From the NCBI GenBank assembly GCA_040387875.1, contig JAZKCX010000039.1, positions 2,127 through 66,126 on the forward strand: a stretch of 64,000 bases of DNA, written 5' to 3'. Shown piece after piece: positions 48,320 to 57,754 of this stretch. Position 1 is the first letter of the stretch. The number at the start of each line of letters is the position of its first letter. The notes beneath the pieces were generated by a model. That model was not told where the DNA came from and made no database searches. It saw only the letters and a program-made list of their open reading frames with translations. The stretch comes from Pseudomonadota bacterium (GTDB lineage: Bacteria; Pseudomonadota; Gammaproteobacteria; Burkholderiales; Burkholderiaceae_C). A program made the translations under genes and the position numbers.

Positions 48320-50281
48320 CTACGCCAGCGAACGGAAAAGCGCCTCGAGCTTGCGCGCAGACTCTGCGGGGTTGGTGGCGGGGCTGTCTTCCAGCCGCTG
48401 CCGCATGCCCTGGCGCAGTGCTTCGAGTTCCTGCGGATGGCTGGCGTAGTGTTTGCAGCGGGCCACATATTCGTCGGTGCTGTGGGCGACCAGCTCGGTC
48501 AACGCCAGCGAAGTAAGCAGCGAAAGACTCACGCGCGAGACGTGGGTCTTGCCGGCCAGGGTGATCACGGGAATGCCCATCCACAGCGCCTCGATGGTGG
48601 TGGCGGTGCCGTGGTAGGGATAGGGGTCCAGCGCAATATCGGCCTGCTGGTACAGCGCCAAGTGCTGCGCAAAACCCATGCGCGCGTGCATCTGTACCCG
48701 GCCCAAATCAAAACCCATGCGCTCAAAACGCTGCAGTTGCTCGGTCTTGAGCACCGCGTCGGACAGCGGCGCGGCTTTCACAATCAGCCGGGTCTCGGGC
48801 ATCTCCTGCATGATGCGCGACCACAGCGCCAGGGTCTCATCGGACAGCTTAGCGAGGTTGTTGAAGCTGGCCAGCGTGAGGTAGCCGTTGCGCAGCAGCG
48901 GTGTGGGCCCGCAGGGCGGCAGTTCGGGTGGCTTGCGGATACACAGGAAGGGCGCCGGCATGCGCAGCAACTTTTCTGAATGGATCGCATCGGCCAGCTC
49001 GGGCGGGTCGGCAATCGCATCCGAGATGCGGTAGTCCATGGTCGAAAGACCCGTGGTGTTGGGATAGCCCAGGTAAGTCATCTGCACCGGCGCCAGACGC
49101 TGCCCGAAAATCGGCAGGCGGCTGTCGCCTGTATGGCCCGACAGGTCGATCAGCACATCGACCTTGTCGGCAACAATCTGCGCCGCAAGTTCTTTGTTGC
49201 TGCTGCGGCCCAGCTCGCGCCAGCGGTCGCCAAAATGCTGCTTGAGCTGCTCGGTCAGGCCGTCCGACTTGTCTCCGGCGTTGTAGAGCACGATATCGAA
49301 CTGTTTGCGGTCGTGCTGCATCAGCACCGGCGCAATGATCTGGCCGACCGGGTGCTGGTAGAAATCGGGGCTGACGTAGCCCACGCGCAGCTTGCGCTTG
49401 CCGAGGGCGAGCTTGGGTTTGGCAACCGCATCCGCCGTACCGGTGTGCCAGCCACGCGTCCACGCGACGTGTTCGCTGTAGATGTAAGCCGGGTCGTGCG
49501 CCTGGTAGTTGAGCATCAGCAGGTAGTTGGACACCGCCGTGGTGTTGGACGGGTTGCCCTGGGCACTGGAACGGAACAGCTCGGTGGCACGCGCAATATC
49601 GCCATTGCGGTAACACATGCCGCCCAGAAAGGTGCTTGCAGGCGTGTAGTCGGGAAACTTTTCCAGGCACTCGGTCCAAAGCGCCCGCGCTTCGGCGAGC
49701 TGGCCGGTTTCCTGATGGGCCCGGCCCAGCAGAAAGTAGCTGCGGTCGGAGTGTTCCGCCGCATGGAAGACCTTGCAAAAAGGCAAGGCATCGCTCCAGC
49801 GGTTTTGCCGGGCCAGGAGCTCGATCAGGTTGGACTGCGCCAGCCGCATGCCGGGCTGCAGGATAACGGCCTCGGTCAGGTGTTCCAGCGCTGCTTCAAA
49901 CTCGTGCAGTTCGGTCAGCACATAGCCCAGGTTGTTACGGGCCTGGCCCACCTCAGGCCGCAAGGCCACCGCACGGCTGTAGCACATTTTGGCGGCGGGG
50001 AAATCACGCAGCGTCGAATAACAGTTGCCCAGCGACAGCACTGCGTCGTAGCCCAGCTTGTCCTGGTCAAACAATGGCCGCAGCAAAAAGATCGCGTCTA
50101 CCGAGCGACCATTTTTGTTGAGATAGTCCGAGAGTGCGGCATGCGCTTCGGTGTTGTCCGGAGCGAAGGCGAAGGCCCGCAGGTAGGCAGCCTTGACGCT
50201 GTCAATGGAGGTGCCAGGCTGCTGCGACAGGCGCCGGGCCTGCAGCAGTGCCGCCGCAAAGCGTACTTCGTCGTTGTTCAT
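48320..50281 (-). CDS. TPR-repeat protein with a C-terminal GT41 (SPINDLY/OGT-type) glycosyltransferase domain
   Basis: The N-terminal ~280 aa are TPR repeats. The C-terminal half is collinear with OGT catalytic lobes ([75 protein letters not shown]). Confidence 0.8.
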   Translation of the reverse strand: MNNDEVRFAAALLQARRLSQQPGTSIDSVKAAYLRAFAFAPDNTEAHAALSDYLNKNGRSVDAIFLLRPLFDQDKLGYDAVLSLGNCYSTLRDFPAAKMCYSRAVALRPEVGQARNNLGYVLTELHEFEAALEHLTEAVILQPGMRLAQSNLIELLARQNRWSDALPFCKVFHAAEHSDRSYFLLGRAHQETGQLAEARALWTECLEKFPDYTPASTFLGGMCYRNGDIARATELFRSSAQGNPSNTTAVSNYLLMLNYQAHDPAYIYSEHVAWTRGWHTGTADAVAKPKLALGKRKLRVGYVSPDFYQHPVGQIIAPVLMQHDRKQFDIVLYNAGDKSDGLTEQLKQHFGDRWRELGRSSNKELAAQIVADKVDVLIDLSGHTGDSRLPIFGQRLAPVQMTYLGYPNTTGLSTMDYRISDAIADPPELADAIHSEKLLRMPAPFLCIRKPPELPPCGPTPLLRNGYLTLASFNNLAKLSDETLALWSRIMQEMPETRLIVKAAPLSDAVLKTEQLQRFERMGFDLGRVQMHARMGFAQHLALYQQADIALDPYPYHGTATTIEALWMGIPVITLAGKTHVSRVSLSLLTSLALTELVAHSTDEYVARCKHYASHPQELEALRQGMRQRLEDSPATNPAESARKLEALFRSLA

Positions 50282-50515
50282 GCGTTGGTGTCTGATGAAG
50301 CAGGTGAACGGGGTGGCGGGCACACGCCCGCGTGCCCCCGCCTGCCATTATGCGGACTTCGCAACCAGTGTTTTGCCTGCGTGCCAGCGCCACCGCAGCG
50401 GCCAAAAAAATCCTGTAAGAAAGGGCGGCCTGTCCCTACAAAGAAGCACCGCAACCTGAATGATCAGTACCGTGCGGTGTCGTTCAGTCATCTCAATTTC
50501 CTATTGGAGTTTTCA

Positions 50516-50803
50516 ATGATCGCTAACCAAGCCAAGTTCGCCGCTTCCTTCGCCCTGACCGCCGCCACGCTCGCGCTGGCCGCAACCGCCTTCGCCGCCG
50601 ACGCCCCCAAGGGCTCCAGCGGCAAGGCCGTCGCCGCCAAAGACAAGGTGCATTGCTACGGCCTGCATGAGTGCAAGGGCAACAGCGCCTGCAAGACCGC
50701 AGAGCACAGCTGCAAAGGCCAGAATGCCTGCAAGGGCCATGGCTTTGTGGCTTCGACCGCATCGCAGTGCCTGACCAAGGGCGGCACCATCGGCGACCTG
50801 TAA
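50516..50803 (+). CDS. DUF2282-type Cys-rich precursor peptide with a Sec signal peptide (bufferin BufA-like)
   Basis: A GGAG Shine-Dalgarno sequence lies 6 nt upstream. The product is 95 aa, with a signal peptide ending in AFA-ADA. The core [33 protein letters not shown]...QCLTKGG has 6 Cys. The gene lies immediately upstream of the DUF692 gene. Confidence 0.75.
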   Translation: MIANQAKFAASFALTAATLALAATAFAADAPKGSSGKAVAAKDKVHCYGLHECKGNSACKTAEHSCKGQNACKGHGFVASTASQCLTKGGTIGDL

Positions 50804-50875
50804 TCTGGTCTGACCTTGCCCCTGACATCCTGCCTGCAAGGGCGGGATGTTTTTTCATTTCCGGGTGTCTTCACC

Positions 50876-52600
50876 ATGCCTAAAAACCTCTACTCCCTGA
50901 CGGTGCCACACGCCGGTTTCGGTCTGGGTTTGCGAACCACCCACTACCCCGATTTTCTTGCATGCAGGCAGCCACTGGACTGGCTGGAAATCATCACGGA
51001 CAACTACCTGGTGGATGGCGGCAAGCCGCTGGTGACGCTGGACGCGATCCGCCGCGACTACCCCCTTGCCATGCATGGCGTGGCCCTGTCACTGGGTGCG
51101 CCTGCGGGCCACGACCGCGCCTATCTGAAGAAGGTCAAGGCGTTGGCAGACCGCATTGATCCCCTCTGGATTTCCGACCACCTGTGCTGGATCGGGCCGG
51201 AGCCGCAGCAACTGCACGACCTCTATCCCCTGCCTTACACCGAAGAAGCCGCACGCCACCTGATAACGCAGATCCGCCAGGTCCAGGACGTATTGCAGCG
51301 CCGCCTGGTAGTGGAGAACGTCTCCAGCTACATTGATTTCGCCTACTCGGCAGCCACCGAATGGGAGTTTCTGAGCCATATCGCGAACGAGGCCGATTGT
51401 TCCCTGCTGGTCGATATCAACAACATCTATGTCAGCAGCGTGAACCACGGCTTTGACCCCCTCGCCTATTTGCGTGGCCTGCCGGCGCAGCGTATTCAGC
51501 AGTTCCATCTGGCTGGCCATTCCAACGAGGGCACCCACATTGTTGACACCCACGACCACCCGGTGGCCGAGCCCGTGTGGGAACTCTACGCGCAGGCGTG
51601 CCAGATGTTTGGCCCAGTGACCACCATGATCGAGCGGGACGACCACATCCCGCCTTTGCGGGAGTTGATTGAAGAGCTGGACCGTGCCCGTGGCATTGCC
51701 GCCGCCCTGGAGAACGAACAGCCCCGCAGCGCGTACCATGCCTCGGCGTTGCGCTGGGCTGCGCCCCTCGCAGCACAAGACCCGGGCTTGCAGGCAATGC
51801 GGCAGCGCATGGCCACCTACGTCTTGGGCCCCGCTAACGGCACCGAAGCCATGGCGCCTATGGTGCGCCAAGCGCCGGGTGTGGATGTGCCTCTGCGCCT
51901 TTCCATCTACCACCACGCCTACCGCGCCCGGCTGGCCGAAGTGCTGGCGGACACCTTTGAGAAAACCGTGCTCTATATGGGCTCGGACAGTTTCACGCAG
52001 CATGCCCGTACGTTTGCGGAGCAAAACCCGCCGCTCACCCGAAGCCTGGGTCGGTACGGCGCGAGCTTTCCGGCCTACCTGGCGGCGCTTTATCCCCACA
52101 ACCCGGAGTTGCGCGAGCTGGCCTACCTGGACTGGGACTTGCGCAGCTGTTTTGACGGTGCCGATGCGCCCGCCCTGGATGCGGCGGCCGCGGCGGCCGA
52201 CGCACAGCAATCGTGGTTGCTCCATACGCCCGCAATACACCCCAGTCTGGTGCTGCGCGAAATTACCAGCAACGTGGTGCAGCTCTGGAAGTCCATCGAC
52301 GAAGACCAGGAGGTTCCCGCACCGGTCTATCGCGATACCCCCATGGCTTTGGCAGTCTGGCGCAAAGGGCTGCAGCCACACTTCAAAACGGTAGAGGGCA
52401 TGCAGGCCGTCTGGCTGCGCCGGCTGATGGCAGGTGCGTCCCTGTCGCAAGCCTGTGGTGAATTTGAGGGCACAGAGCACATGCCTGAGATCGCCGTATT
52501 CGGCCAGTGGCTGGCTGAATGGCTGGAAGACGAACTGCTGAGCCCACCACCGCTGCTGCAGCCATTGGCACACGCTGCAGCAGCAGAAGCCGTCAGTTAA
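50876..52600 (+). CDS. fused DUF692 (MNIO, MbnB/BufB-like) and DUF2063 (MbnC/BufC-like) protein
   Basis: Residues 1 to about 285 are DUF692-like (GFGLGLRTTHY, LEIITDNY, HGVALSLG, SDHLCW, ENVSSY, DINNIYVS, FHLAGH, IERDDHIPPL). Residues from about 310 to the end are DUF2063-like (RLSIYHHAYRARLAEVLADTF, RSLGRYGASFPAYL). The ORF is continuous at 574 aa. Confidence 0.8.
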   Translation: MPKNLYSLTVPHAGFGLGLRTTHYPDFLACRQPLDWLEIITDNYLVDGGKPLVTLDAIRRDYPLAMHGVALSLGAPAGHDRAYLKKVKALADRIDPLWISDHLCWIGPEPQQLHDLYPLPYTEEAARHLITQIRQVQDVLQRRLVVENVSSYIDFAYSAATEWEFLSHIANEADCSLLVDINNIYVSSVNHGFDPLAYLRGLPAQRIQQFHLAGHSNEGTHIVDTHDHPVAEPVWELYAQACQMFGPVTTMIERDDHIPPLRELIEELDRARGIAAALENEQPRSAYHASALRWAAPLAAQDPGLQAMRQRMATYVLGPANGTEAMAPMVRQAPGVDVPLRLSIYHHAYRARLAEVLADTFEKTVLYMGSDSFTQHARTFAEQNPPLTRSLGRYGASFPAYLAALYPHNPELRELAYLDWDLRSCFDGADAPALDAAAAAADAQQSWLLHTPAIHPSLVLREITSNVVQLWKSIDEDQEVPAPVYRDTPMALAVWRKGLQPHFKTVEGMQAVWLRRLMAGASLSQACGEFEGTEHMPEIAVFGQWLAEWLEDELLSPPPLLQPLAHAAAAEAVS

Positions 52601-54314
52601 TCAGCGGCCGGTAGTAATTGGCCGGTGGCGGAGCAACGTCTTCGACCGGCGGCCGGGACTCCACAGGCGGAGGCGGCTGCACCGCAGGCCGGAATTCGCG
52701 TGCCGGTGGCGAGCTGACCAGCGGCCGCAACTCGACCGCTGGCCGGGGTGGTACGGGTGCCGCCAGGCGAGGCTCAATGTCCAGCGCGGCCACCGGTGCG
52801 CCAAGCGCGGAGCTGCGCTTGAGCACCGGACTGCGTGGTTCTGGCGGGAGGGGCACCGAAGCCGTGTTGCAGTTGGCGTTGTCGGTACGGCAGACCGACT
52901 CGCGCAGGCTTTCTGAAAATATGTCGTTGGCATCGGCTTTGGACACCACGCTGTGAATCCAGCCGTTGTCGCTGACGCCATCGACCAGCAACCTGCCGGA
53001 AGTCCTGGCCAGCCGGAATTCGGCAATGCGCAGATCAAACACGCCGTCTGCCAGATCCAGCAGCAGATTGAAATGCTCAAGCTGAGCGTCCAGCACATTG
53101 GGCAGTGTTTCGCGGCCAAACCCGAGCAGCCGGCGTTTGGACTGGTAGGCGAGACCCGCCTCGCTCACCGCTTCCATCAGTTGCTTGACCCGATCCGCGC
53201 CGGAAGAGGTACGCCCCCAGGAAGCAGATGTCACCTCCACCAGATTGGCGCGCGCAGCCTCCAGCCGGGCCTCTTGTGCGCCTACTTCCACCAGCGCCGC
53301 CTTGATGCGCGACTGCACATCAAAGCCGTTACCCAGGTTGAAGTTCAACTCCAGCGCTGCCCGCGTGGGCTCGGTTGTCAGGTCGCGGTTGTCTTTGGTA
53401 CGGGACACCACTGCATCCAGCGTGGGAAAGCGGCCGGATTTTTCACGGTCCACGTTCGCCTTGGCGCGCTCTATGCGGCCGCGGGCCTCGCCCAGCTCGG
53501 CGCTGTTGGCCTCGGCAATCTGAATGGCCTGGGCCAGCGAACCCACCGCCCACTCCTTGGGCGTGGCCAGCGTCGGCAACCCGGCGGCATTGGGCACAAA
53601 CTTGAAATAGGTTTCAAACTTGGCCAGCGCATCGATCAGCAGGGCATCAAATTCCTGCCGCTTGGCGGCTGCGCCCGACCGGCGCGATGCCGCAAGGCGC
53701 GCATCACCCTGACCGGCAGCACCCAGCTCGACCTTGCGCTGTTCGGCGCGGGTCAACTCATCAAGAACCAGCGTGGAGCGGGCGGCAATGCGCTTTTTCA
53801 GATCAAAGCGCTGCACCTGGAGGTAAGTCGTGATGCCATCAAGCACCACCTTCTGGCTGGCAACCCGCAAACCCTCTTCCAGCGCACTGGAGTTGGCAGT
53901 GGCAGCCCGCTCGCGGGCATTGATGCCACCGGCATCCAACAGGCTGACCCGCGCGCTGGCGGTCAGGGCTGTAAAGCGCTGCGAGGACGTGTTGCCGGGA
54001 GACGTAAAGGTGCTGGAGCGACCGGTCGCAGTGGCCAGTGAAAAACGTGGAAACCGGGCCCGTTTGGCGGCTTCGGTCTCAAACCCGCTGCTGGCCAGAC
54101 TGGCCTGCGCGGCCAGAACCTCGGGATGGTCCTGGGCCATATTGAGTATGCCCAGCTTGACCTTGTCCGAGTACTCGACCGTACCCAGCGAACGGCCTGA
54201 GAGTGTGGTGGAGGGCGCCAGAACCGGCGCGCCATCGTCCTGCGCATGCGCGTTGAGGGCGGCCACGAACAGGGCAACCGCAAGATGCAGCGGAGAGGGT
54301 CTGAACACGTTCAA
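52593..54314 (-). CDS. TolC-family outer membrane protein of the T1SS, with a 90-aa Pro-rich C-terminal extension
   Basis: The TTG start overlaps the MFP stop (TTGA). A signal peptide ends in AHAQ, and two TolC repeat halves are present. The tail is rich in Pro and Arg. Confidence 0.85.
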   Translation of the reverse strand: MNVFRPSPLHLAVALFVAALNAHAQDDGAPVLAPSTTLSGRSLGTVEYSDKVKLGILNMAQDHPEVLAAQASLASSGFETEAAKRARFPRFSLATATGRSSTFTSPGNTSSQRFTALTASARVSLLDAGGINARERAATANSSALEEGLRVASQKVVLDGITTYLQVQRFDLKKRIAARSTLVLDELTRAEQRKVELGAAGQGDARLAASRRSGAAAKRQEFDALLIDALAKFETYFKFVPNAAGLPTLATPKEWAVGSLAQAIQIAEANSAELGEARGRIERAKANVDREKSGRFPTLDAVVSRTKDNRDLTTEPTRAALELNFNLGNGFDVQSRIKAALVEVGAQEARLEAARANLVEVTSASWGRTSSGADRVKQLMEAVSEAGLAYQSKRRLLGFGRETLPNVLDAQLEHFNLLLDLADGVFDLRIAEFRLARTSGRLLVDGVSDNGWIHSVVSKADANDIFSESLRESVCRTDNANCNTASVPLPPEPRSPVLKRSSALGAPVAALDIEPRLAAPVPPRPAVELRPLVSSPPAREFRPAVQPPPPVESRPPVEDVAPPPANYYRPLIN

Positions 54315-55642
54315 GGCTCCTGGAATGCTTCACGCTGGGCCTTCAGCACCGGCCTGAGAATGTACCAAATGAAGGGGTCACGCCCGACCAGCAGATCGAC
54401 CTCAACCTCCATACCCGCCGTGATGGCCCGCTCGGGAATGCCCACGTACTCCTTGTCGGTACTGATCAGCAGCCGGTAGTAGGAGCGCACAGTGGGGTTG
54501 GTCGGGTCGCTGTCGGCATCGGCACCGACAAGGTTGACTTTCCCATTCACCGCGCCATAGCGCAGGAAATCGTAGGCGCTCACTTTGACGCGTGCTGTCT
54601 GTCCGGTGTTGACATAACCACGGTCACTGGGATTGAGCTTGGCTTCGATGATGATCTGCTTCTGGTCAGGCACCACTTCCATGATCTGCTCACCCGGCTT
54701 CACCACCCAGCCCGGGCTGGGGTTGCGCAGCCCCTTGATGATGCCGTCGGCCGACGCGCGCACGACCGTGCGCGAACGCTGGATTTTGGCACGTGAAAGG
54801 TCTTCGCTCAGACTCGCAATCTGCCGCTCGGCAGTGGCCAGTTCGTCAGAGGCTCGCCGGCGGTAACGGCCCTGCGCCTCGACAATTTTGCCTTGCGCTT
54901 CCGTAATGGCGGAACCGGCAGAGACCAACGCCTGCCGGGCGGTAGCAAGGTCGCCCCGTACGGCCTCCATCTGGCGCTGCTTTTCCAGGACCTCGAGTTG
55001 CGGAATCAGTTTTTCGTCCAGCAGTTGCTGGGACAGATCGACTTCTTTTTTGTAGAGCGCCAGCCGCGACGTCAGCCCATTGACCCGCTCCTGCTGCTCG
55101 ACCAGCTTGCTGCGGGCCTGCGCCAATTGCGACTCTGCGGTGTCCACCACGCCTTTTTGCTCCAGCGAGCGGGCTTCAAAAGCGCCCGATTCGGCCTGGA
55201 AGACCGATTCGTCAATGTCTTTGCCCAGCGCCGCGCGGGTAAAAGGTTTGCCCTGGCTTTCGGCCAGCAGGCGCGTACGCGTGGCCTGCAACGAGGCGTA
55301 GCGAACCGTCAGTTCTTCGAGGTTCAGGCTGTTACCGCCCAGATCAATTTCTACCAGCGGTTGGCCCGATTTGACTTTTTCACCTTCCTTAACAAGTACC
55401 GCACTGACAATACCACCCTCCAGGTGCTGCACCACCTTGACCTGGTCGGAGGGAATCACTCTGCCCGGCGCAATCACCACCGACTCCACCGGGAACCCCA
55501 GACCGAACGCGGCGAGAACAACCACCCCGCCCCACAAAAGCCATGAGGTGATGGATTTTTTTCTGGAATAGGGAAGCGCTTTGGTGGAGCTTGCAGGATT
55601 CTGCAAAACCAGCGGGAGGGTATTGGCGTTCTTGGAGTCCAT
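54311..55642 (-). CDS. HlyD-family type I secretion periplasmic adaptor
   Basis: An N-terminal TM, the HLEGGIV motif, a long coiled coil and a C-terminal barrel are present (443 aa). Confidence 0.9.
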   Translation of the reverse strand: MDSKNANTLPLVLQNPASSTKALPYSRKKSITSWLLWGGVVVLAAFGLGFPVESVVIAPGRVIPSDQVKVVQHLEGGIVSAVLVKEGEKVKSGQPLVEIDLGGNSLNLEELTVRYASLQATRTRLLAESQGKPFTRAALGKDIDESVFQAESGAFEARSLEQKGVVDTAESQLAQARSKLVEQQERVNGLTSRLALYKKEVDLSQQLLDEKLIPQLEVLEKQRQMEAVRGDLATARQALVSAGSAITEAQGKIVEAQGRYRRRASDELATAERQIASLSEDLSRAKIQRSRTVVRASADGIIKGLRNPSPGWVVKPGEQIMEVVPDQKQIIIEAKLNPSDRGYVNTGQTARVKVSAYDFLRYGAVNGKVNLVGADADSDPTNPTVRSYYRLLISTDKEYVGIPERAITAGMEVEVDLLVGRDPFIWYILRPVLKAQREAFQEP

Positions 55643-55676
55643 GGCTTCAATTCAAAGGTAGTGCGCTGATGCTGGA

Positions 55677-57530
55677 TCAGCTGTCCGCCGGCTCGGCAGG
55701 CGCAGAGGATTTCGGCGCGGCAGAAATTGCTGCGGTTGCCGCAGGCGCCGGCAACTTGACGCCGAACAGCTTGGGCACCATCACCGATGCGGAGCCACTC
55801 TCGACATTGCCCGCCCCGGTGACGTAATGCACCTGGCTGGCACTGGCCACAATACGCAGCGAGTGCGTCACCACAATGATGGTGCGGCTGCGGGCCGCAG
55901 CCATCAGCGCGGCAATCAGCGCCGTCTCCGCCTGGTAATCCAGGTCATTGCTGGGCTCATCCAGAATCACAACAGCCGGATCGCGCAGGAACAACTGGGC
56001 CAGCGCAAGCTTGCGGCGTTCACCCATGGACAGGCCCATGCCGCCCTCACCCAGCACCGTGCGGTATCCTGCTGGCAAGCGCGAAATAAAGTCGTGTGCA
56101 CCGGACAGGCGGCAGGCTGCAACAATTCTTTCGTCGGTCTGGTCGGGGGCGGCGCGGCGGAGGATTTCAATCAGCTCTCCGCCAAAAAGATATACCTCTT
56201 GCGACAGGATACTGATCCACTGAACCAGCTCTTCCCGGGCAAACTGCGACAGGTCATATTCATCAACCGAGATTTTTCCGTTGGTGGGGCTATACAGGCC
56301 CGCAACCAGTTTGACCAGCGTAGATTTGCCGGCGCCGTTTTTACCGACAATCACATGCAGACCACCGGGCCCGATTTCGAGATTGACGTTCTCCAGCACG
56401 GAGGCGGAGTTTTCGTTGAACTGAAAGCTGACTTCCTGCAGCCGGATTGCCCCGCGCGGCTTGGGCAACACAATGCCACCCGGGCGGCGATCCGTTGGTT
56501 CATTGAAGACGTTTTCAAGCCGCTTTGCGGCCTCGGTGGCGGTTGCAAGAGATCGCCAGTTGGAAGCCAGCCCCGCGACGGGAGACAGGGCTTTGGACGA
56601 CAACATGCTGGCGGCAATCAGACCGCCGACAGTCATCCATTGCTGCATGACTGCCAGAGCCCCGACCGACACCACCACAACGGAGAAAACCGACAGCATC
56701 ACAGTGGTCAGCTCCCGGGCGCGCTCTATCTCGCCGTTTTTTCGGAAACTCTCGCTGAGCCAGGCGTTGTAGTTCTGTTGCCACATCGCTACGACAGGCT
56801 GGTTGTGCCCCAGACTTTTCAGGGTTTCACGGGCCCGGCAAATCTCTGACGTCACCTGGTCCAGGCTACGTCCGCGGAGCACTTCTTCGACACGCCCGGC
56901 GCGTACTTCATCAGCCCACCACCAGGCAAAAAACGCAAGTACTCCCAAAAACAGCAAAAGCACTGGCAACAGCGGCCATGCCACCATGCCAATAATGACG
57001 AGTGCAAAAAGAGCCACGGGCATGTCAAAGATGGAGGTCATCAGCCCACCGGTCACTGTTGCACGCACTGCGCCCACGTCGCGGAACAACAAAAACCATG
57101 CTGTGGCAGGCCGGGACTCCAGCATGCGCAAAGGCCGCTGCAGCATGGACTGCAACAAGGCGTTCGACACCCCATGGTCAACAATTGCGCCGGCATCGCG
57201 CAGCGACCGGGACCGCTTATTGCGCAGCCACAACTCAATCAGCAAAAACACAAAAATACCGGCCAGCAGGGCGACCAGTGTGGAGTAGCCACTGCGACCA
57301 ATCACGCGGTCGTACACCTGTAGCGTGAAAATTGACGGCAACAACCCGAACAGACTGATGGGCAGCGACCACCAAGCCGCCTGCTTCACCAAGGGGTAGG
57401 CACTGGTAAATGCGTCGTGCAGCGCGCCACCGTAGGGAGTGACCGCAGAGTCGGTAGCCGTCTTGTTCACTAACTGACGGGGCAACAGGAATTTGAGCAT
57501 GGTTGTTACAGGAAGATAGTCGAGCGCCAA
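55677..57530 (-). CDS. type I secretion system ABC permease/ATPase (PrtD/HasD-like, no C39 peptidase domain)
   Basis: The TMD carries LQVYDRV. Walker A GKNGAGKST, signature LSMGERRK, Walker B VVILDEPSNDLD and H-loop VTHS are present. The maximal ORF starts at TTG 57530, and the first ATG is at 57500. Confidence 0.9.
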   Translation of the reverse strand: MALDYLPVTTMLKFLLPRQLVNKTATDSAVTPYGGALHDAFTSAYPLVKQAAWWSLPISLFGLLPSIFTLQVYDRVIGRSGYSTLVALLAGIFVFLLIELWLRNKRSRSLRDAGAIVDHGVSNALLQSMLQRPLRMLESRPATAWFLLFRDVGAVRATVTGGLMTSIFDMPVALFALVIIGMVAWPLLPVLLLFLGVLAFFAWWWADEVRAGRVEEVLRGRSLDQVTSEICRARETLKSLGHNQPVVAMWQQNYNAWLSESFRKNGEIERARELTTVMLSVFSVVVVSVGALAVMQQWMTVGGLIAASMLSSKALSPVAGLASNWRSLATATEAAKRLENVFNEPTDRRPGGIVLPKPRGAIRLQEVSFQFNENSASVLENVNLEIGPGGLHVIVGKNGAGKSTLVKLVAGLYSPTNGKISVDEYDLSQFAREELVQWISILSQEVYLFGGELIEILRRAAPDQTDERIVAACRLSGAHDFISRLPAGYRTVLGEGGMGLSMGERRKLALAQLFLRDPAVVILDEPSNDLDYQAETALIAALMAAARSRTIIVVTHSLRIVASASQVHYVTGAGNVESGSASVMVPKLFGVKLPAPAATAAISAAPKSSAPAEPADS

Positions 57531-57754
57531 AGTTGGCGTTTCACGGGCCTGTTGGGTGGGTTACTGCCGAGGCCTACGACTAAAGAGTGACATACAAAAC
57601 AACGATTGCGAGTGTACGCCGACTGTACCGTGCTGGGCCTGGAATAGGCACCGGTTTTTCCCTCCTATTGTTCCATCTCGTGCGCGATGGCCGGCAGTAG
57701 GAACAGCAAGGGAGGTAGACCCGACCCGGTACAACGGGTGGCTCACACTCCATG

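Noticed and set aside
45336-50281. Annotating the low-GC block as a mobile element or genomic island feature.
   Set aside because: There are no integrase, transposase, tRNA or flanking repeat signatures in the window. Only the compositional deviation is visible, so I report it as a finding rather than as a mobile_element feature.
50451-50485. An ECF-sigma-type promoter upstream of the bufferin precursor gene.
   Set aside because: AAC and CGTT elements are present, but the spacing (about 19-25 nt, depending on the anchor) does not match the usual 16-17 nt. This is too weak to annotate as a feature, so it is mentioned only as something to test.
48980-50515. The first 512 codons of the 607-aa plus-strand ORF that ends at 50803.
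   Set aside because: This part is entirely antisense to the well-supported TPR/GT41 gene, has a high-GC Arg/Gly/Ala-rich composition and shows no motifs. Only the last 95 codons (from ATG 50516, with a GGAG Shine-Dalgarno sequence) form a credible gene.
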